Below, piece after piece: positions 1-12,289 of a stretch of 64,000 nucleotides of DNA. Numbering within the stretch: position 1 is the first letter of the stretch; every line of letters begins with the position of its first letter. The notes under the pieces were generated by a model. It was given only the letters and a program-made list of their open reading frames with translations, ran no database searches and was not told the origin of the DNA. The position numbers and the translations under genes are program-made. Origin of the DNA: Octopus vulgaris (taxonomy: Eukaryota). The stretch is from contig OX597814.1 of NCBI GenBank assembly GCA_951406725.2, forward strand, positions 52,886,001 to 52,950,000, in the 5' to 3' direction.

Positions 1-123
1 TTAAAATGATGACGATGATGATAACGATTATGATGATGATTATCATGATGATGGTAAAATAGAAAAAAAAATGATAGAAGTAAGAGAAAGGAAAACAGCT
101 GTTATTTCCAAATCTATTGTTTA

Positions 124-174
<51 letters not shown>

Positions 175-240
175 GTATATGTATATATATATCTGTATAC
201 ACACACACATACGTATATACATATATACATATATATATAC

Positions 241-280
<40 letters not shown>

Positions 281-319
281 ATATATATATATATACAGAT
301 ATACATATATTTATATATA

Positions 320-745
320 ATATGTGTATAATTTAGAGAAAAACCTCTATTAAACAATTCAATAATGAAAGATGCTATTCACAATTTATAGAAAACATAT
401 ACTATAAAAACCTTATTCTAAAAATCAATGAAGTACAAAAACAATAAATAGTAAACAGTAGTAAAAAGACTAAGTGCATTTCATGGCTATATTTTCAAAT
501 AGATAATAATAATAAAATCAATTCAATACGCCATATTTTCATGTGATATATTTCTTATAAACGCTAAGTTCTATGTATTAAGTTTAAATTCTTAGTTAAT
601 AGAAATCCTTTGATAAGATAAATTATGTTTTTATTTTAAGAAATATTGTTAAATGTTTTTCAATTATTTATAGTTAATACATGTATTTTCTATATTTATT
701 TGATAATTAATGTAAGTTAAGATATGTACATTTATTCTATTATTA

Positions 746-781
<36 letters not shown>

Positions 782-1057
782 CATTATTATTTTAGACCTG
801 ATGAGTGACTATATTTTTAAACAGAATTAATTTTAGATCGATTTAATTTTAAATCGAATTGATTTTACTATTATCAATTTGAAAATATAGCCATGAAATG
901 CGCGTAGTCTTTTTACTACTATTTACTAGTTATTGTTTTTGTACTTCATTGATTTTTAGAATAAGGTTTTTATAGTATATGTTTTCTATATGGTGTGAAT
1001 GACATCTTTCATTATTGAATTGTTTAATAGAGGTTCTTCTTCAAATTATATACATAT
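320..1057 (+). mobile_element. non-autonomous Penelope-like element: pLTR-like unit plus 5' inverted partial copy
   Basis: Inverted repeat 320-524 vs 856-1057 (~200 bp, diverged). Carries the hammerhead at 794-910 and sits in (TA)n. Confidence 0.65.
794..910 (+). ncRNA. type I hammerhead ribozyme motif (Penelope-type, long stem II)
   Basis: agac-CTGATGA-gtgactatatttt...aaaatatagccat-GAAA-tgcgcg-TA-gtct. Stem I agac/gtct, intact core, paired stem II, near-palindromic stem III. Confidence 0.75.
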
Positions 1058-1060
1058 GTT

Positions 1061-1718
1061 ATATATATATTTTTAATAATATATTATCATTATTAATATA
1101 AGGAAATCAATATCGAATTTTTCACAAAGATATACCCATATGAAAGACTTTATGTATTAAAAATATAGATAAATATTAAAAATATAAATATGATGTCTAA
1201 AATAAATTTGAAAGTTTAAAAGTTTTGAATTAAGTTTTTAAGCATCTTACGATCGTTTCACAAAAGGGTTGTCCCTATAATGAAGTTCTATATTGATAAG
1301 CACTTATAGACAACCCTTCTGCTCTTCAGAGATATAAAATATGAATATTGTATAATGTATCGAATGATATTTAAAAAAAAGATTTGAATTAAAATTGTAA
1401 AATGGTGTTTGCAGAAAGATGTTTGTAAAATAGTGTTTGTTTGAAATATAAAATAAAAAGTAAAAATTACAACTTTTGATGAGAGTCTTTAAATCCATAT
1501 ATATTTCCTTGGTTATTCTACTGCAATAATCCATAATATTCATACTCAAAATCTGTCATATTATCTTGCATTCCAGTATAGTTCATGTAGTTAGTTTAGA
1601 TATTTATTTATATACATTTTTAATACATAAAGTCTTTCATATGGGTATATCTTTGTGAAAAATTCGATATTGATTTCCTTATATTAATAATAATAATATA
1701 TTATTAAAAAATATATGT
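1061..1718 (-). mobile_element. second non-autonomous Penelope-like element (different family)
   Basis: Near-perfect inverted repeat ~1061-1163 vs ~1617-1718. Carries the hammerhead at 1244-1333. Its tail abuts the tail of the previous element. Confidence 0.65.
1244..1333 (-). ncRNA. type I hammerhead ribozyme motif (intact)
   Basis: Minus strand: atct-CTGAAGA-gcagaagggttgtc...gacaacccttttgt-GAAA-cgatcg-TA-agat. Stem I atct/agat, 14-bp stem II (with G-U pairs), palindromic stem III ACGATCGT. Confidence 0.85.
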
Positions 1719-1915
1719 ATATATCGCTCATATTAGATATATAAATACTTTAATAGTATTTATATTATTTTATACAATGGAGTACTTAAAATAAATTCAG
1801 TATATAATATTCTTATTGAATATATTTACCTAATTATTTATGTACATATGTTATATATTGTGAAATTTGATTTAAAATTGCTAAATTGAATTATTAGTTT
1901 TGGAATTATATTCCC

Positions 1916-1988
<73 letters not shown>

Positions 1989-2004
1989 CAGACATATACA
2001 CATA

Positions 2005-3956
2005 CACTGACTAAAATAAGTTTAAGATTGATGATGACAGTTCTATTCCCTCATTAATATATTTTTAACAAAACTGTATAAAATTATTTTACTTTTTACA
2101 GTCTATGTAGAATTGTTTTCTCTTTTGAATGATACAGGTGTTATATACATTTCTACAATTTGAAGAATTTTAATGCGCAATTAATTCAAATGATTAGAAA
2201 TTGTTGGCAAAATAAGTTTAAGACCGTACCAAGATTATGCAAATTAATAAACCAAATGGGTGGTCATGTAGCTAGTCATACTGTACTCATCATCATCATC
2301 ATCGTTTAACGTCCGCTTTCCATGCTAGCATGGGTTGGACGATTCAACTGGGGTCTGGGAAGCCAGAAGGCTGCACCAGGCCCAGTCTGATCTGGCAGTG
2401 TTTCTACAGCTGGATGCCCTTCCTAACGCCAACCACTCCGTGAGTGTAGTGGGTGCTCTTTACGTGCCAGACAAGGCTGGCAAATGGCCACGATCGGATG
2501 GTACTTTTTACGTGCCACCGGCACGGAGGCCAGTCAGGGTAGCACTGGCTATGGCCACGTTCGGATGGTTTTCTTACGTGCCACCGGCACTGGTATCACA
2601 GCTACAAATTCCATTGATGTTGATCGAATAATCAAGCATTGTCATACATTAATTCATTATGGGAAAGTGTCATAATATCAGCTCAATTGTGTTAATTCAT
2701 CAACAAAATGTGTCCTTAATGAACATTAGCAAGCATTTAGGATGCAGCAAAATGGCTTGTGTTCAAGCATGGAAGCTTTACTAAGCCACTTGCCAATACA
2801 GAGATCAGCAAATATTGGGTACTCCAAGAAAAACAATAGTACAGATGGATTGATGAATTCATAGGCTTTCTGAAGGTAACGAAATGCTAACAGCAGTGCA
2901 AGCAATCATCTGATGAAACTGGCATCAGCTTTTCACCACAAAGTGTCAGAAACCGCCTAAAAGAATCTGGACTGTTTGGCTGGATTGCTTGAAAGAAACC
3001 AATAATTTCTGAGACAAATCAGCAGAAGTGGATCACATTTGCTAAAAGCCATATTGAATAGAAGGCTGAAAAGACTGGTCAAAAGCTATTTGCAGCAACA
3101 AATGCCACTTCTGCATCTTTGGATCAGACAGAAAGACTTATGTTAGATGCCGTCCAACAGAAGAATTCCATCCTAAGTGTGTCAAGAAAACAGCACTAGT
3201 GAGAGTTGGGGTGGGGGTGAAATGGTGTGGACCATGCTCAGCATTTTAGGTGTTGGTCCAATTGTTAAGGTTGATGGCAGACTGAACAGTGTAGGCTATC
3301 TGCAATTAGTAAATGAAAATGTGCTGCTCTTTTTAAATAATCAGATGCTACTGGGGTCTATTTTCCAGCAGTACAATTGCCTTGTTCATAAAGGCTAGGT
3401 AAGTTTTGCAATAATTTGAGTGCAGCAATATGATGGCTATTGAGTGGTCTCTGCAGACCCCGGATTTGAATTTAATAGAAAATTTATAGAATTATGTTTC
3501 TAAAAGAGTTCATGCTAAAAAAAAAACAAAAAAATCTGTCCCAATTATATAATTTTATTGAAGAAATATGGCAGAACATTCCAAGTGATTTTTGTGCTCA
3601 TATGTCAAACTCCGATGTCCTGCCATTGTAAGGCCATAATTGAAAATAATGGCTATGGAACTAGATACTAATAATAAATTTTTGTTTGTTGATCGTTTGT
3701 GCTGTAAATTTTCAATTTAAATAAAATAATGTTGGTATGGTTATAAACTTATTTTGCTGACAATTTTAATCATTTGAATTAATTGCACATTAAAATTATT
3801 CAAATTGTAGAAAGATATATAGCACCTATATCAATTGAAAGAAAAAAATTCTACATAAAACGTAAAAAGTAAAATAGTTTTACACAGTTTTGTTAAAAAT
3901 AAATTAATGAAGGAATAGAACTATCATCATCGGTCTTCAACTTATTTTGGCCAGTG
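2005..3956 (+). mobile_element. full-length decayed Tc1-family transposon with long IR/DR-type TIRs
   Basis: ~235-bp TIRs (2005-~2238, ~3727-3956) starting after TA. Transposase remnants GGGEMVW..GVGPIVKVDGRLNS..IFQQYN and EWSLQTPDLNLIENL. Contains stops and frameshifts. Confidence 0.9.
2289..2625 (-). mobile_element. RTE-type 3'-end repeat with (GAT)n tail nested in the Tc1 transposase
   Basis: catcatc-gtttaacgtccgctttccatgctagcatgggttgg...ctggatgcccttcctaacgccaacc. The same family recurs at least 10 times in the window. Confidence 0.8.
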
Positions 3957-4101
3957 TGTATATATATATATATGTATACTGGCTCTCCATCTTATATTAA
4001 GTGTCAAGCTAATACTTGTCATGTATACATGCTTTTGACATTAGTTGTTTTGTTATTTTAAATTTATATATGTATATATATATATATGTATGTATATATA
4101 C

Positions 4102-4163
<62 letters not shown>

Positions 4164-4177
4164 GTATATATATATAC

Positions 4178-4209
<32 letters not shown>

Positions 4210-4224
4210 GTGTGTATTAACATA

Positions 4225-5000
4225 AGTAAGCGCCCTGAGAGAAATGTTGGCCATAAGGAGCATCAGATGTGGTGTGTAAGAGAGACGACTGCACTGGTAT
4301 GGTCATGTGCTGCATATGGATGCGGAGAGCTGTGTGAAGAAGTATCACTCCCTAACAGTAGGAGGAACCCATGGAAGAGGGAAATCCAGGAAGACATGGG
4401 ATGAGGTGGTGAATGTTGGGCCACACAGAGGCAATGACAAGAGACTGAGACCTCTGGAGATATGCTGTGATCGAGAAGACCCAGCAAGTAAAGTGAGATC
4501 ACAGCTGTAGCCTGTACCAGTGTTGCATAACCAGCCTATTTAAAAAGTATCTTTGAATCGTCAGGTGAAATGCTGTGCTTGAGGAGACCTATTGAGTCAA
4601 GTAAAATCAAAAATCAAAATCACAATCAAAAATGGAAATTGTAGTTGTGGCCAATGCCAGTGCCGCCTGACTGGCTCTTGTGCTGGTGGCATGCAATAAG
4701 TACCATTCATGCGTGGGTTGTTGCCAGTGTCACCTGACTGGTTCCCCATGCTGATGGAACATAAAAAGCACCATCTGAACGTGGTCGATGTTGGTGTTGC
4801 CTGACTGGCTCCTATGCTTGTAGCACATAAAAAGCACCCACTATACTCTTGGAGTGGTTGGTGTTAGGAAGGGCATCCAGCTGTAGAAACATTGCCAGAT
4901 CAGATTGGAACCTGGTGTGGCCTCCTGGCTTACCAGTCTCCAGTCAAACCAGCCAACCCATGCCAGCATGGAAAACGGACGTTAAACGATGATGATGATG
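4225..5000 (+). mobile_element. RTE-clade LINE 3' fragment
   Basis: [33 protein letters not shown], followed by a repetitive 3' UTR and a (GAT)n tail. Confidence 0.85.
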
Positions 5001-6340
5001 AGAGATGATTTATAGGAGTGCAAATAGATGTATAATATCCAAATGAATAAATATAAAATCAGTGGAAATATTAAATAGAAAAAAAATAAGAGCAGCAAAA
5101 CATTATTTTCAACTTAGAATGTAAAATATTTCATATATTTAATTTCCTTTATGGTTTTAGCATTTTTGATTTTCATTTTGCTGAATATTGAAAGAATAGG
5201 TGAATATTTTAGATAAACAATGAATAAAAGTGTAACATGATATTGGAAACAGTGTAAGGCAGAAGCAGATGAGATGGAAGGAGTAGGAGAAGAATGTCTG
5301 CTAGTTTAGAATGGAAGAAGAAATACATTTCCATGACAGCAGGTTTTACTGAAATGTTCTAAGTACAATTTTGATTAGGCGTTTTTCTGACACAGAACCT
5401 ATGTTTGCATGAAGAAAAGAAAACAAACGAAAACAGAATAATATGGAAATATTGGCAAGGTAAACATTCTGTAATTGATATTAAAGTAATACAGAGGTGG
5501 AAATTGAAGAGAAAATCACCCAAGGGCAATTTTTTTAATCAAAGGAAAGTATATTTACCTGTATTTCTATTTTATTTTGTTACAAGTTTATCACTTATCA
5601 GATTATCAGATCCTGCTAAATTGATGAGCCTGTTGAGTTTAGTATGGATAAAATTCAGTTTGAATTGTTGCATAGTGTTTAAAGAGAAAGTATGGGCTGT
5701 GTAGGAGTTTCAGCAGATTACTTAAGTTTTCCAAAAATAAAGATTAAATAAAGCATTTAATATTGAAGTTGTAGTTTGACCAGTCATCATAACTCACTGA
5801 AGCAAGTCTAAATGCCTGTGGTATAGAATTGGCAAATTCATAGAAGCAGAAACTGTTGAATTAGTGATTAGAAATAGAGAAAACATTGAGTAATAGTGGG
5901 CTGTTTGTTGCTCCTTCTATTAATTTACTTTTGTTATAATGTACCCTAATCTCATAAATTTATCCTGCTGTCTTCACTCTTCACTTGATATTTATTTACT
6001 TCATTAGTAAATTTTACATTGCAATACGTGAATAACAGTGTACTTAGTCACAGATTTCCAACAGGAATGTTATGAACCAGTCACTGGCTCGCAACATTCC
6101 TGAGTGACATGGAAATGTCTGTAAAACTCACTGAAGAGCAAATATAAGAGTATTCGCTAAAAAACTCTGGTTTTTCAGTTTTCTTGATGATGTATACACA
6201 TCTTTTGCCTATATACATTGGGATATATATATATATATATATATCGACCTCGGCGGAATTTGAACTCAGAACGTAATGACAGACGAAATACAGCTATGCT
6301 TTTCGCCCAGCGTGCTAACGTTTCTGCCAGCTTGCCGCCA

Positions 6341-6372
<32 letters not shown>

Positions 6373-6397
6373 GTGTGTGTGTGTGTGTGTGTGTGTA

Positions 6398-6429
<32 letters not shown>

Positions 6430-7444
6430 ACATCATTATTTAATATCCGCTTTGCCATACTTGTATGGATCAGATGGAATTTGTTGAGGTAGATTCTCTA
6501 TAGATGGATGCCTTTCCTGTTGCCAATTCTTGTCTGTTTTGTGTTGCTTGGTTTTGTTTTACTCCAGCCGTAAAAGACCAAGGTTGAACCTTGAGATCAT
6601 GCACAAATAACTGATAGGTTGCTCCACACACTGGATCCTGTTAAATTGAGCTAACTGGGTCTACTTTGCCACCAACTTCAACAGCAACAAAAGTTACTAC
6701 TACTGCCACCACCACTGCTGCTTCTAAGACAAAAAAATGAAGCTTTCGTTCAGAATTGATGATGACTTGGAAGAATGCATATGCTTTGCCAATTGTTTAG
6801 GGAGATAATGCAAACATAGATATTCTCTTTGTCTTCCAGTATGTGGAATGCTGGAGGAAGAGAGAAATGTACCAGCATAGTTGACCTTAGCAGGATTTGA
6901 ACTCATAACTTAAAGACCAGAAGAAATATTGCAATGCATTTTGTCCAATGTTCTACTGATGCCTAGATGGCTACTACTATATCTACGAAAAATATTTGAA
7001 TGTCATTTCATAACCACCAACATTACCCATAGGTATCTTAGATACATAATACTACACTGGAAAAAATTTTCTTCCAGCTAACGAATCTTTACCACTTCAC
7101 CATTGATGTCAAAATACCTGAAAATTCCTCAAGCAATTTGATCTTCTCAAGTAATTTGATTCTATTTCTAAAGTGGCTTTTAACATGTGTGCTTGTTGTT
7201 TCAAGAGGTCATGCTTATTTAAGAAATCACGTCACCAACATCAGGACCCCTTTTATCATTATCATCATTAGAAGCAAATAAGAATGCTATTGTTATCAAA
7301 TAAACAATATTTTGACATCTTGTGTGTCTTCCACAGGTTCAAAAATAAACTTGTCAATCTACACAAGATGTCGAAATATTGTTCATTTGATAACAATGGC
7401 ACTCTTCTTTATTTTCTTCTATACATTTCTGGAGAAGTAACCTC

Positions 7445-7475
<31 letters not shown>

Positions 7476-7536
7476 GTCGTCGTCGTCGTCGTCGTCGTCG
7501 TCTTCTTCTTCTTCTTCTTCTTCTTCTTCTTCATTA

Positions 7537-8125
7537 TTCAGTAGTTTTATTTTTATCATGTACTTTCACTTCCCTACTGAGTATAGCTTTGTGTGCCTTG
7601 GGTATATGCTTTGGTTTGTTTTGTTGCTATTTTCACTGTATTGAAAGTGCTTTATGTCGGATGTATGCAGTGCCTAGTAGTGATATTTTCTGTATGTTAT
7701 ATATATTCGTAAGTTCTGGTCTTTTGTTTATGTATTTGTTTGTCTGTTTTTTAATCATACCTAATACACCTATTATTATAGGGATTGTTTCAGCTTTTAG
7801 GCTCCAAATCCAGATTATTTCTATTTCCAGATTTTTGTATTTTGAGAGACTCTCTGTTTCTTTTAGAGATTCAGTGTTGTCTGTTGAGATTGAAACATCA
7901 ATTAGAAGGCATTTTTTATCTTGGTGATCTCTGACAATTATGTCTGGTTTATTAGCCTTGATCTCTCTATCTGTGTGTATTGGCATTTTCTGAGACCTTT
8001 TCTGGGATATGCATATACCATCTTTTTTCTATTGTTATTCCATAGTTTTGGCATAGACTTTGTCATGTCTGTCAATATATTCCTTCTTAGCTAAAATTGG
8101 GCAGCCAGAGACTATATGATTTATT
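7537..8125 (-). mobile_element. R4/Dong-clade LINE 3' fragment (restriction-like endonuclease)
   Basis: HIVSGCPILAKKEYIDRHDK, then KPDIIV..CLLIDVS..KYKNL..PIIIGVLG. Flanked by (AAT)/(TTA) microsatellites. Confidence 0.85.
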
Positions 8126-8177
8126 GTTTATTAATTATTCAGAGACTATATGATTTATTGTTTATTAGTTATTATTA

Positions 8178-8213
<36 letters not shown>

Positions 8214-8216
8214 TTA

Positions 8217-8263
<47 letters not shown>

Positions 8264-8274
8264 AAAGACATCAC

Positions 8275-9735
8275 ACAGTATCCAATAACGTGATGTTGTT
8301 GATCAAAGATATTGTGTCTACTGGAGGTTTGTACTGCCTGCCCTCAAACTGACAGTACTTTACGCAATATGTGTGCAGTTCCAAGTAATGCTGATTTTTA
8401 CCATTTACCTAGATTTTGCAATACACCTAGATTTTGCAATCTAAAGTTTCCAGCTGTTTCTTCAGCTTGGGTGGTATTGAACCCAATGCTCCGATGACAA
8501 CAGAGACAACCTTTATATATACTGGATGGATAGGTATCCTCAACGTTTTGGCTGATGTACTCTCCAGCCTTCATCAAGTGTCTTGGTGGAATTTTGAACC
8601 CAACACCTATCCATCCAGTGTAAATAATGTACATAATTCCTCATCTCTAAAATATAGAACAGGGCAACCTTTATGTTTGACTCTCGTAGCTGCCACATCT
8701 TGGCAATCTCAATTCTCAGATCTCCATATTTATTAAACTTTTTCTCTTTCTTTCATGATAATATGTTGATCTCCTGGCACTGCCATGTCAATTATTAGGC
8801 ATTATTCTTCACAAATTTATAAATTTTACATTGCAATACGTGAATAACAGTGTAGTTAGTCACAGACTTCCAACAGGAATGTTGTGAACCAGTCACAACA
8901 TACTTCTGACATAGTAGCCAGTGAAGGTTTTAGGCTACCCTGTCATGTCTGTACTTGTACTCTTTTTGTGCAAGACTTTCATTAGCACTAACAATATGAG
9001 TCACATTTTTGTCACAGACATGACAGGGTAGCCTAAAACCTTCACTGGCTACTATGTCAGAAGTATGTTGTGACTGGTTCACAACATTCCTGTTGGAAGT
9101 CTGTGACTAACTACACTGTTATTTCATTAGCACTAACAATATGAGTCACATTTTTGACATTTTTCCCACACATTCTGCAGAGGTTTGTTGCACTTGTGTG
9201 GTATATATTCCTTTTCCTTGAGTTGGTGTTCAATACTTGAACAGCGATGATTAAGCTTTCAGTCTTCTTTTTTAGGTTACCCTTGCTGAGCCACCTCCAT
9301 GACACTTCTTGGTCTTCTAACCCGTTAGTTTCATGGTAGAACTGACCATGCAATTCCATGTGGAGTAGAGTTTCTTCTCTCTTGTTGGCTATTTGTGATC
9401 GAAATTCATTAGCATTCTCAAGTCCATTTTTGGTAAATCCTTCTGCATTAGCAGCATGCTGTAGCAGGTCTTGTTTGCTGTTTACCAAATATTCTACCAT
9501 GTTTCTTCACTCACTGTTGATGCACTTCTGTATGCTAATCAGCCCAAACCACCTTTACACTTCTTCAAGTAGAGCCTATGTTCGCTCACCTTATAATGGA
9601 GGGCACCATGGACTATCATTGTCTTTCGAGTAGTGCGATCAAGTTGGTTAATCTCTGCTTGTGTTCATTTCAGGATGTGTGCACTATAGCAGACTACAGC
9701 AACAGCCCATATGTTGATGGCAGTCAAAAGGTTCC
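8275..9735 (-). mobile_element. second R4/Dong-clade LINE fragment, rearranged
   Basis: LHGQFY..SWRWLSKGNLKKKTESLIIA..CRMCGKNVKNVTHIVSA (CCHC knuckle). RLE pieces at ~8665-8810 and ~8330-8400. Confidence 0.8.
8520..8660 (-). mobile_element. second copy of the same Penelope-like family, inserted in a Dong LINE
   Basis: Shares the tgtaaataatgtacataattcc..aaatatagaac end and the hammerhead remnant (gacac-TTGATGA-aggctg..cagcc-AAAA-cg-TT, 8537-8582). Flanked by the diverged direct repeat aacag..caacctttat. Confidence 0.6.
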
Positions 9736-9929
9736 TTGCGTTGAGTTTTGATCTCTGTCAGTTAGGTTGTGATCCTATGGCACCAATTGTGCACCCACAG
9801 TTTATAATAAATATACCATATGAAATTCTTACAACTTATTTTCTGCATATCACACATGACCATTTCCAAAAAAGCAGTTCATTCTTTCTTGCTTCCCACA
9901 AACTAAAAGTATGTAAGGCATGCTAAGTT

Positions 9930-10650
9930 ACTCACTTATACTTAGCACCCACCTTGCTGTCAACATCTTTGAACTTGGCTTCCATGGTTCTCACAAGCCA
10001 TTCATCTACACCTGGTTTTTCTAGTGATCATCAAATTACAGCACATGATACCCTGTTAAAGGCCTTCTACAGGTAAAAATAAAATGCTAGGTATAGTGGC
10101 TTGCTTTTTGCTAAGAACATCTATAGCTGTTGTAGATGTCTCACTAGGAAGAGGTGATCTGTAAGATCCTGTTATGGAATAGACATGAACAGTATATCAT
10201 CTAAGCTAATTATTTTCCAATCGATTGTGTTAAAACTTTTTGCTATTCTTATAAAACTTGGTCCATCAATTTGACACCTCTGTAGTTGTTTCTTTCTGGA
10301 GCATCTCTAGAGCATATTTTCCTGTGTAGCAATGGATGATGATAATGCTATGCCAGTGGTTGTAATTAACCCCTTCTTGTACTCCCTGACTATGCAAATG
10401 ATTAGTATATGTCTTGCTTTGACAGATATTTTCAGCATCTCAGCTGTTGTCCCTAATGATTCAGCTGTATTCCTTACTTCCATATCCTTGCTTCCATTTC
10501 AATCATACAGCTGTCAATTTCAATAGTTAGTCCTTTTTTTAGTCTATTTGAGATAGTTTTTCTCTATTCCATGAATTTTTCTTATTCAGCAGCTTCTCAT
10601 ACTAGCATATTTATACCTCTTCCCGGCATTAGTGAAGGTGAATATATTGC
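9930..10650 (-). mobile_element. decayed RTE-clade reverse transcriptase fragment
   Basis: Minus strand reads FLAKSKPLYLAF..KAFNRV..SLEKPGVDEWLVRT, with stops. Confidence 0.65.
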
Positions 10651-12047
10651 TATCCTTACATAAACCATTTTTCATCCAAGATAGACAGATAGAAGGATGG
10701 TTGGGTGAAGGGACAAACGGAGAGAGAGAGAGACTGAGTGAGGGAGAAAAAAAAAAGACAAGTAAAAATAATTCTGTTATCTCAGAACATTAAGTGAAAA
10801 CAGCTTAAAGTGAACACAATGACTGATTAGCATCTATAGGCAGTTCTTTTGGAATAGAGCAGATATCTACATAGTTGTTGCCACAAATGTAATAACCAAG
10901 TTGGTGTGACAATTAAGCTGCAGTACTAAAAAACCAGAACTGAATTTTCTACAACTTTTGCACTATTTCCTCACTATCCACTATGTAGCTAAAATACATT
11001 TGAACACTAAACACTCAAGTCTTTTCAAGTTACCCCACTCCTTTTCAACAGTGCAGAAGGATCTTAAAATAGTATGAAAACAGTCCTTCCTCTTCTGATA
11101 GTGTGGTAGTCCCGTTAACCATTGTATTGTAAGAATACCACAAAAATTTCTTCATGTCGTTGCATCAAGATCAAATCAATATGGAGGTGCCCATCCATTT
11201 TAAACCTACATAAGCAGTGGTGTGTGGACACAAAGTTTCCTTTGTATCCAGGTGGTTCTCTGTTCTATTCAACTGCCTGGCACCTATGGCTAATATCTTC
11301 TACTATAGCCTTGGATTGACCAACGCCTTTGAGTGAAATTGGTTAGAACCTGTATAAACCTGTCATATGTGTGTGTGTGTGTGGGTGTGTGTATGTGTGT
11401 GTGTGTTTGTGTGTGTGTGTGTATGCATGCATATGTGTGTGCAGGCATGTGGAATAAAAATACCTTTCTTGAAAAATAGGTAAGGGTTGATGACAAGAAA
11501 GGCATTCTTTCACAGAATACTGCCACAGTAAGACTTGTCTAACCTGTGCCAATATGGAAAAAGCAGATACTAATATGATGATAATAATGAGCATGTCTGC
11601 TTCAAGCTCAGCACTGCTAACAAAGCAAAGCTAACTCACAAACATGCCAATGAGGGAGTCTCATGTGGTTACTTGACCTTCTGGAATTATCTGCAAAACA
11701 CCTTACAGTCTCTTAAAGATGGATACAAAAGATAATGTAATCTGAGTACTCTATTTGTCAAAATAAGATGAAGTGGTTGTGGCTTCAATTTCTTTCATCA
11801 TTGGTCTACTACACTGGATTTGACTCAAGGTGAAACAACAGGAATAACAAATGCTACAACATATCTCCATTTTTCAGTGATCCTGTTGCTTACATTCATG
11901 AGCTGTACATCTGTCTTCTGATAACTATTCTCTCTCCCCCCCCACCACATGCACGCATGCACACACACACAGACACACACACACACAGACACACACACAC
12001 ACACAGAAATATGAATTCAAGTTTGAATATGTCTTGTTGGTACTGAC

Positions 12048-12127
12048 CTTGAAAATCTGGGGTGCTATCTTCTAATTCATCCTCTGCTGAAGGAATCTCT
12101 CCCAAATTTTGTATAATAGTATAACCC
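12048..12127 (-). CDS. MORN1: probable MORN1-like exon F (80 nt, phase 2-1)
   Basis: Strong pyrimidine tract and acceptor cttcttcttacag|G, donor G|gtcagt. Open frame GYTIIQNLGEIPSAEDELEDSTPDFQ, phase-compatible with exon E. Homology support is weak. Confidence 0.62.
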
Positions 12128-12289
12128 CTGTAAGAAGAAGATTATCTTGAAATACAGAAATTTTAACATTTAAACAATCAATTAAATATCTAAATATCTG
12201 AAATGAGCTGTTGTTTATAAATTTGCAATACTTAAGTTAATTAACATCCACTTTAGAATGCATATCTATACTATTCAATTTACATTACA

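Noticed and set aside
2908-2960. CTGATGA...GAAA inside the Tc1 element
   Set aside because: It lies in transposase-derived sequence with no stem I or stem III, so it is likely a chance match.
7117-7440. Splice-like signals for a downstream MORN1 exon
   Set aside because: The compatible frame has stops or no homology, so an exon cannot be supported without RNA data.
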